DNA of 27,642 nt. Source: Candidatus Altiarchaeota archaeon. Its GTDB lineage: Archaea > Altiarchaeota > Altiarchaeia > IMC4 > QMZM01. The stretch is taken from positions 1 through 27,642 of the forward strand of contig JAFGDV010000013.1 of NCBI GenBank assembly GCA_016931955.1, written 5' to 3'. Position 1 is the first letter of the stretch. The number at the start of each line of letters is the position of its first letter. The translations under genes were made by a program, and so were the position numbers. Below, in pieces: positions 27,049-27,642 of the stretch. Below the pieces are notes generated by a model. The model was not told the DNA's origin. It worked only from the letters and a program-made list of their open reading frames with translations, and ran no database searches.

Positions 27049-27169
27049 TATAGCCCCGCCAGGATCGAAATAAGGGCATCTTATACCCTTATCAACCCTA
27101 AGAATTCGCCACAGGCGAATTCCTTTTTCTTTTGGGATGATAGACCTTTTCTTTCGCAAAGAAAAGGGC
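27049..27169. repeat. tRNA-linked structured repeat, unit A (behind tRNA-Gln)
   Basis: 17-bp duplication tatagccccgccaggat (27049 and 27170), motif cccttatcaaccc, three hairpins, gggatgatag. Confidence 0.88.
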
Positions 27170-27171
27170 TA

Positions 27172-27244
27172 TAGCCCCGCCAGGATTCGAACCTGGGTCT
27201 CCGGGTCCAAAGCCCGACAGGATTGGCCACTACCCTACGGGGCT
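27172..27244 (-). tRNA. tRNA-Gln (TTG)
   Basis: AGCCCCG/CGGGGCT acceptor stem, anticodon arm TCGGG-CTTTGGA-CCCGG, GTTCGAATCC T-loop; CCA not encoded. Confidence 0.97.
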
Positions 27245-27270
27245 ACGTAGAAGGGATAAATTCCTCTTGA

Positions 27271-27341
27271 GTCGAATTTGCCATAAGGTGAATTCCTTTT
27301 TCTTTCGCCAGCGTTTCTTTTTCCTAAAAAGAAAGGCTGAA
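27271..27341. repeat. tRNA-linked structured repeat, partial unit B
   Basis: Hairpins gaatttgcc-ataa-ggtgaattc and tttcttttt-cct-aaaaagaaa, homologous to units A and C. Confidence 0.8.
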
Positions 27342-27482
27342 GGCTATTTATGCGCCCGCCAGGATGAACATAAGGGCGCCTCCCCCGCCCTTATCAACCC
27401 ATCCGAGCCGTCGAATCCGCCTTGTGGCGGATTCTTTTTTTTTCTTTGGGATGATAGCACTTTCTTTTTCTTAAAAAGAAAG
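27342..27482. repeat. tRNA-linked structured repeat, unit C (behind tRNA-Gly)
   Basis: 19-bp duplication ggctatttatgcgcccgcc (27342 and 27483); same motifs and hairpins as unit A. Confidence 0.88.
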
Positions 27483-27491
27483 GGCTATTTA

Positions 27492-27564
27492 TGCGCCCGC
27501 CGGGATTTGAACCCGGGTAATCAGCTTGGAAGGCTGAGGTCCTACCAGACTAGACTACGGACGC
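27492..27564 (-). tRNA. tRNA-Gly (TCC)
   Basis: GCGTCCG/CGGGCGC acceptor stem, anticodon arm TCAGC-CTTCCAA-GCTGA, GTTCAAATCC T-loop; CCA not encoded. Confidence 0.97.
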
Positions 27565-27601
27565 ATAAGTGTGAGAACCTACGATTCTCCCTTATCAACC
27601 C
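27565..27601. repeat. tRNA-linked structured repeat, partial unit D
   Basis: ataag...gagaa-loop-ttctc-ccttat hairpin and exact cccttatcaaccc at 27589-27601. Confidence 0.65.
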
Positions 27602-27642
27602 ACCTCTCCCTTAAGATGAGCATCATCTAGGGTTTTGATGAA

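Noticed and set aside
23700-27050. Prophage or large island integrated at tRNA-Gln
   Set aside because: No integrase, viral genes or distal tRNA fragment seen; looks like piecemeal accretion.
27049-27601. CRISPR array
   Set aside because: Units are 121-141 bp with conserved interiors and contain tRNA fragments; there is no repeat/unique-spacer pattern and no cas gene.
27267-27614. 115-aa ORF with repeated FFFLKRK..YLCAR
   Set aside because: Chance translation of the non-coding repeat and antisense tRNA-Gly.

Overview
Compact archaeal chromosomal segment with overlapping start/stop codons, apparently leaderless genes and tRNAs lacking encoded CCA. Ftr, MfnA and a HisA-like barrel indicate methanofuran/H4MPT C1 metabolism. 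Together with the poly-Thr surface protein this would fit an Altiarchaeota-like lineage (inference only). Core genes: CBS protein, CcdA/DsbD-like protein, gcvH, ftr, purE, AEC transporter, MTH1187 protein, GGR-like oxidoreductase, UPF0104 flippase-like protein, mtaB, NOG1 GTPase, mfnA, HisA-like barrel, Lrp, methyltransferase, smc, and an arsR-thioredoxin-arsP-arsM operon. Accessory zone 1 (4.7-7.25 kb): an AbiE type IV toxin-antitoxin (TA) pair bracketed by a duplication of the AEC gene 3' end, a frameshifted membrane gene and two SemiSWEET pseudogenes. Accessory zone 2 (23-27.6 kb): surface proteins, a poly-T frameshifted gene, a stand-alone SecD-P1-like lipoprotein, a convergent antitoxin/RelE pair inside a 12-bp direct repeat, an amber-interrupted gene, and tRNA-Gln and tRNA-Gly. 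The most striking signal is a 121-141 bp non-coding three-hairpin repeat with compensatory base changes. It sits behind each tRNA and duplicates that tRNA's own 3' end. All family calls are from motif recognition by eye; no searches were run.
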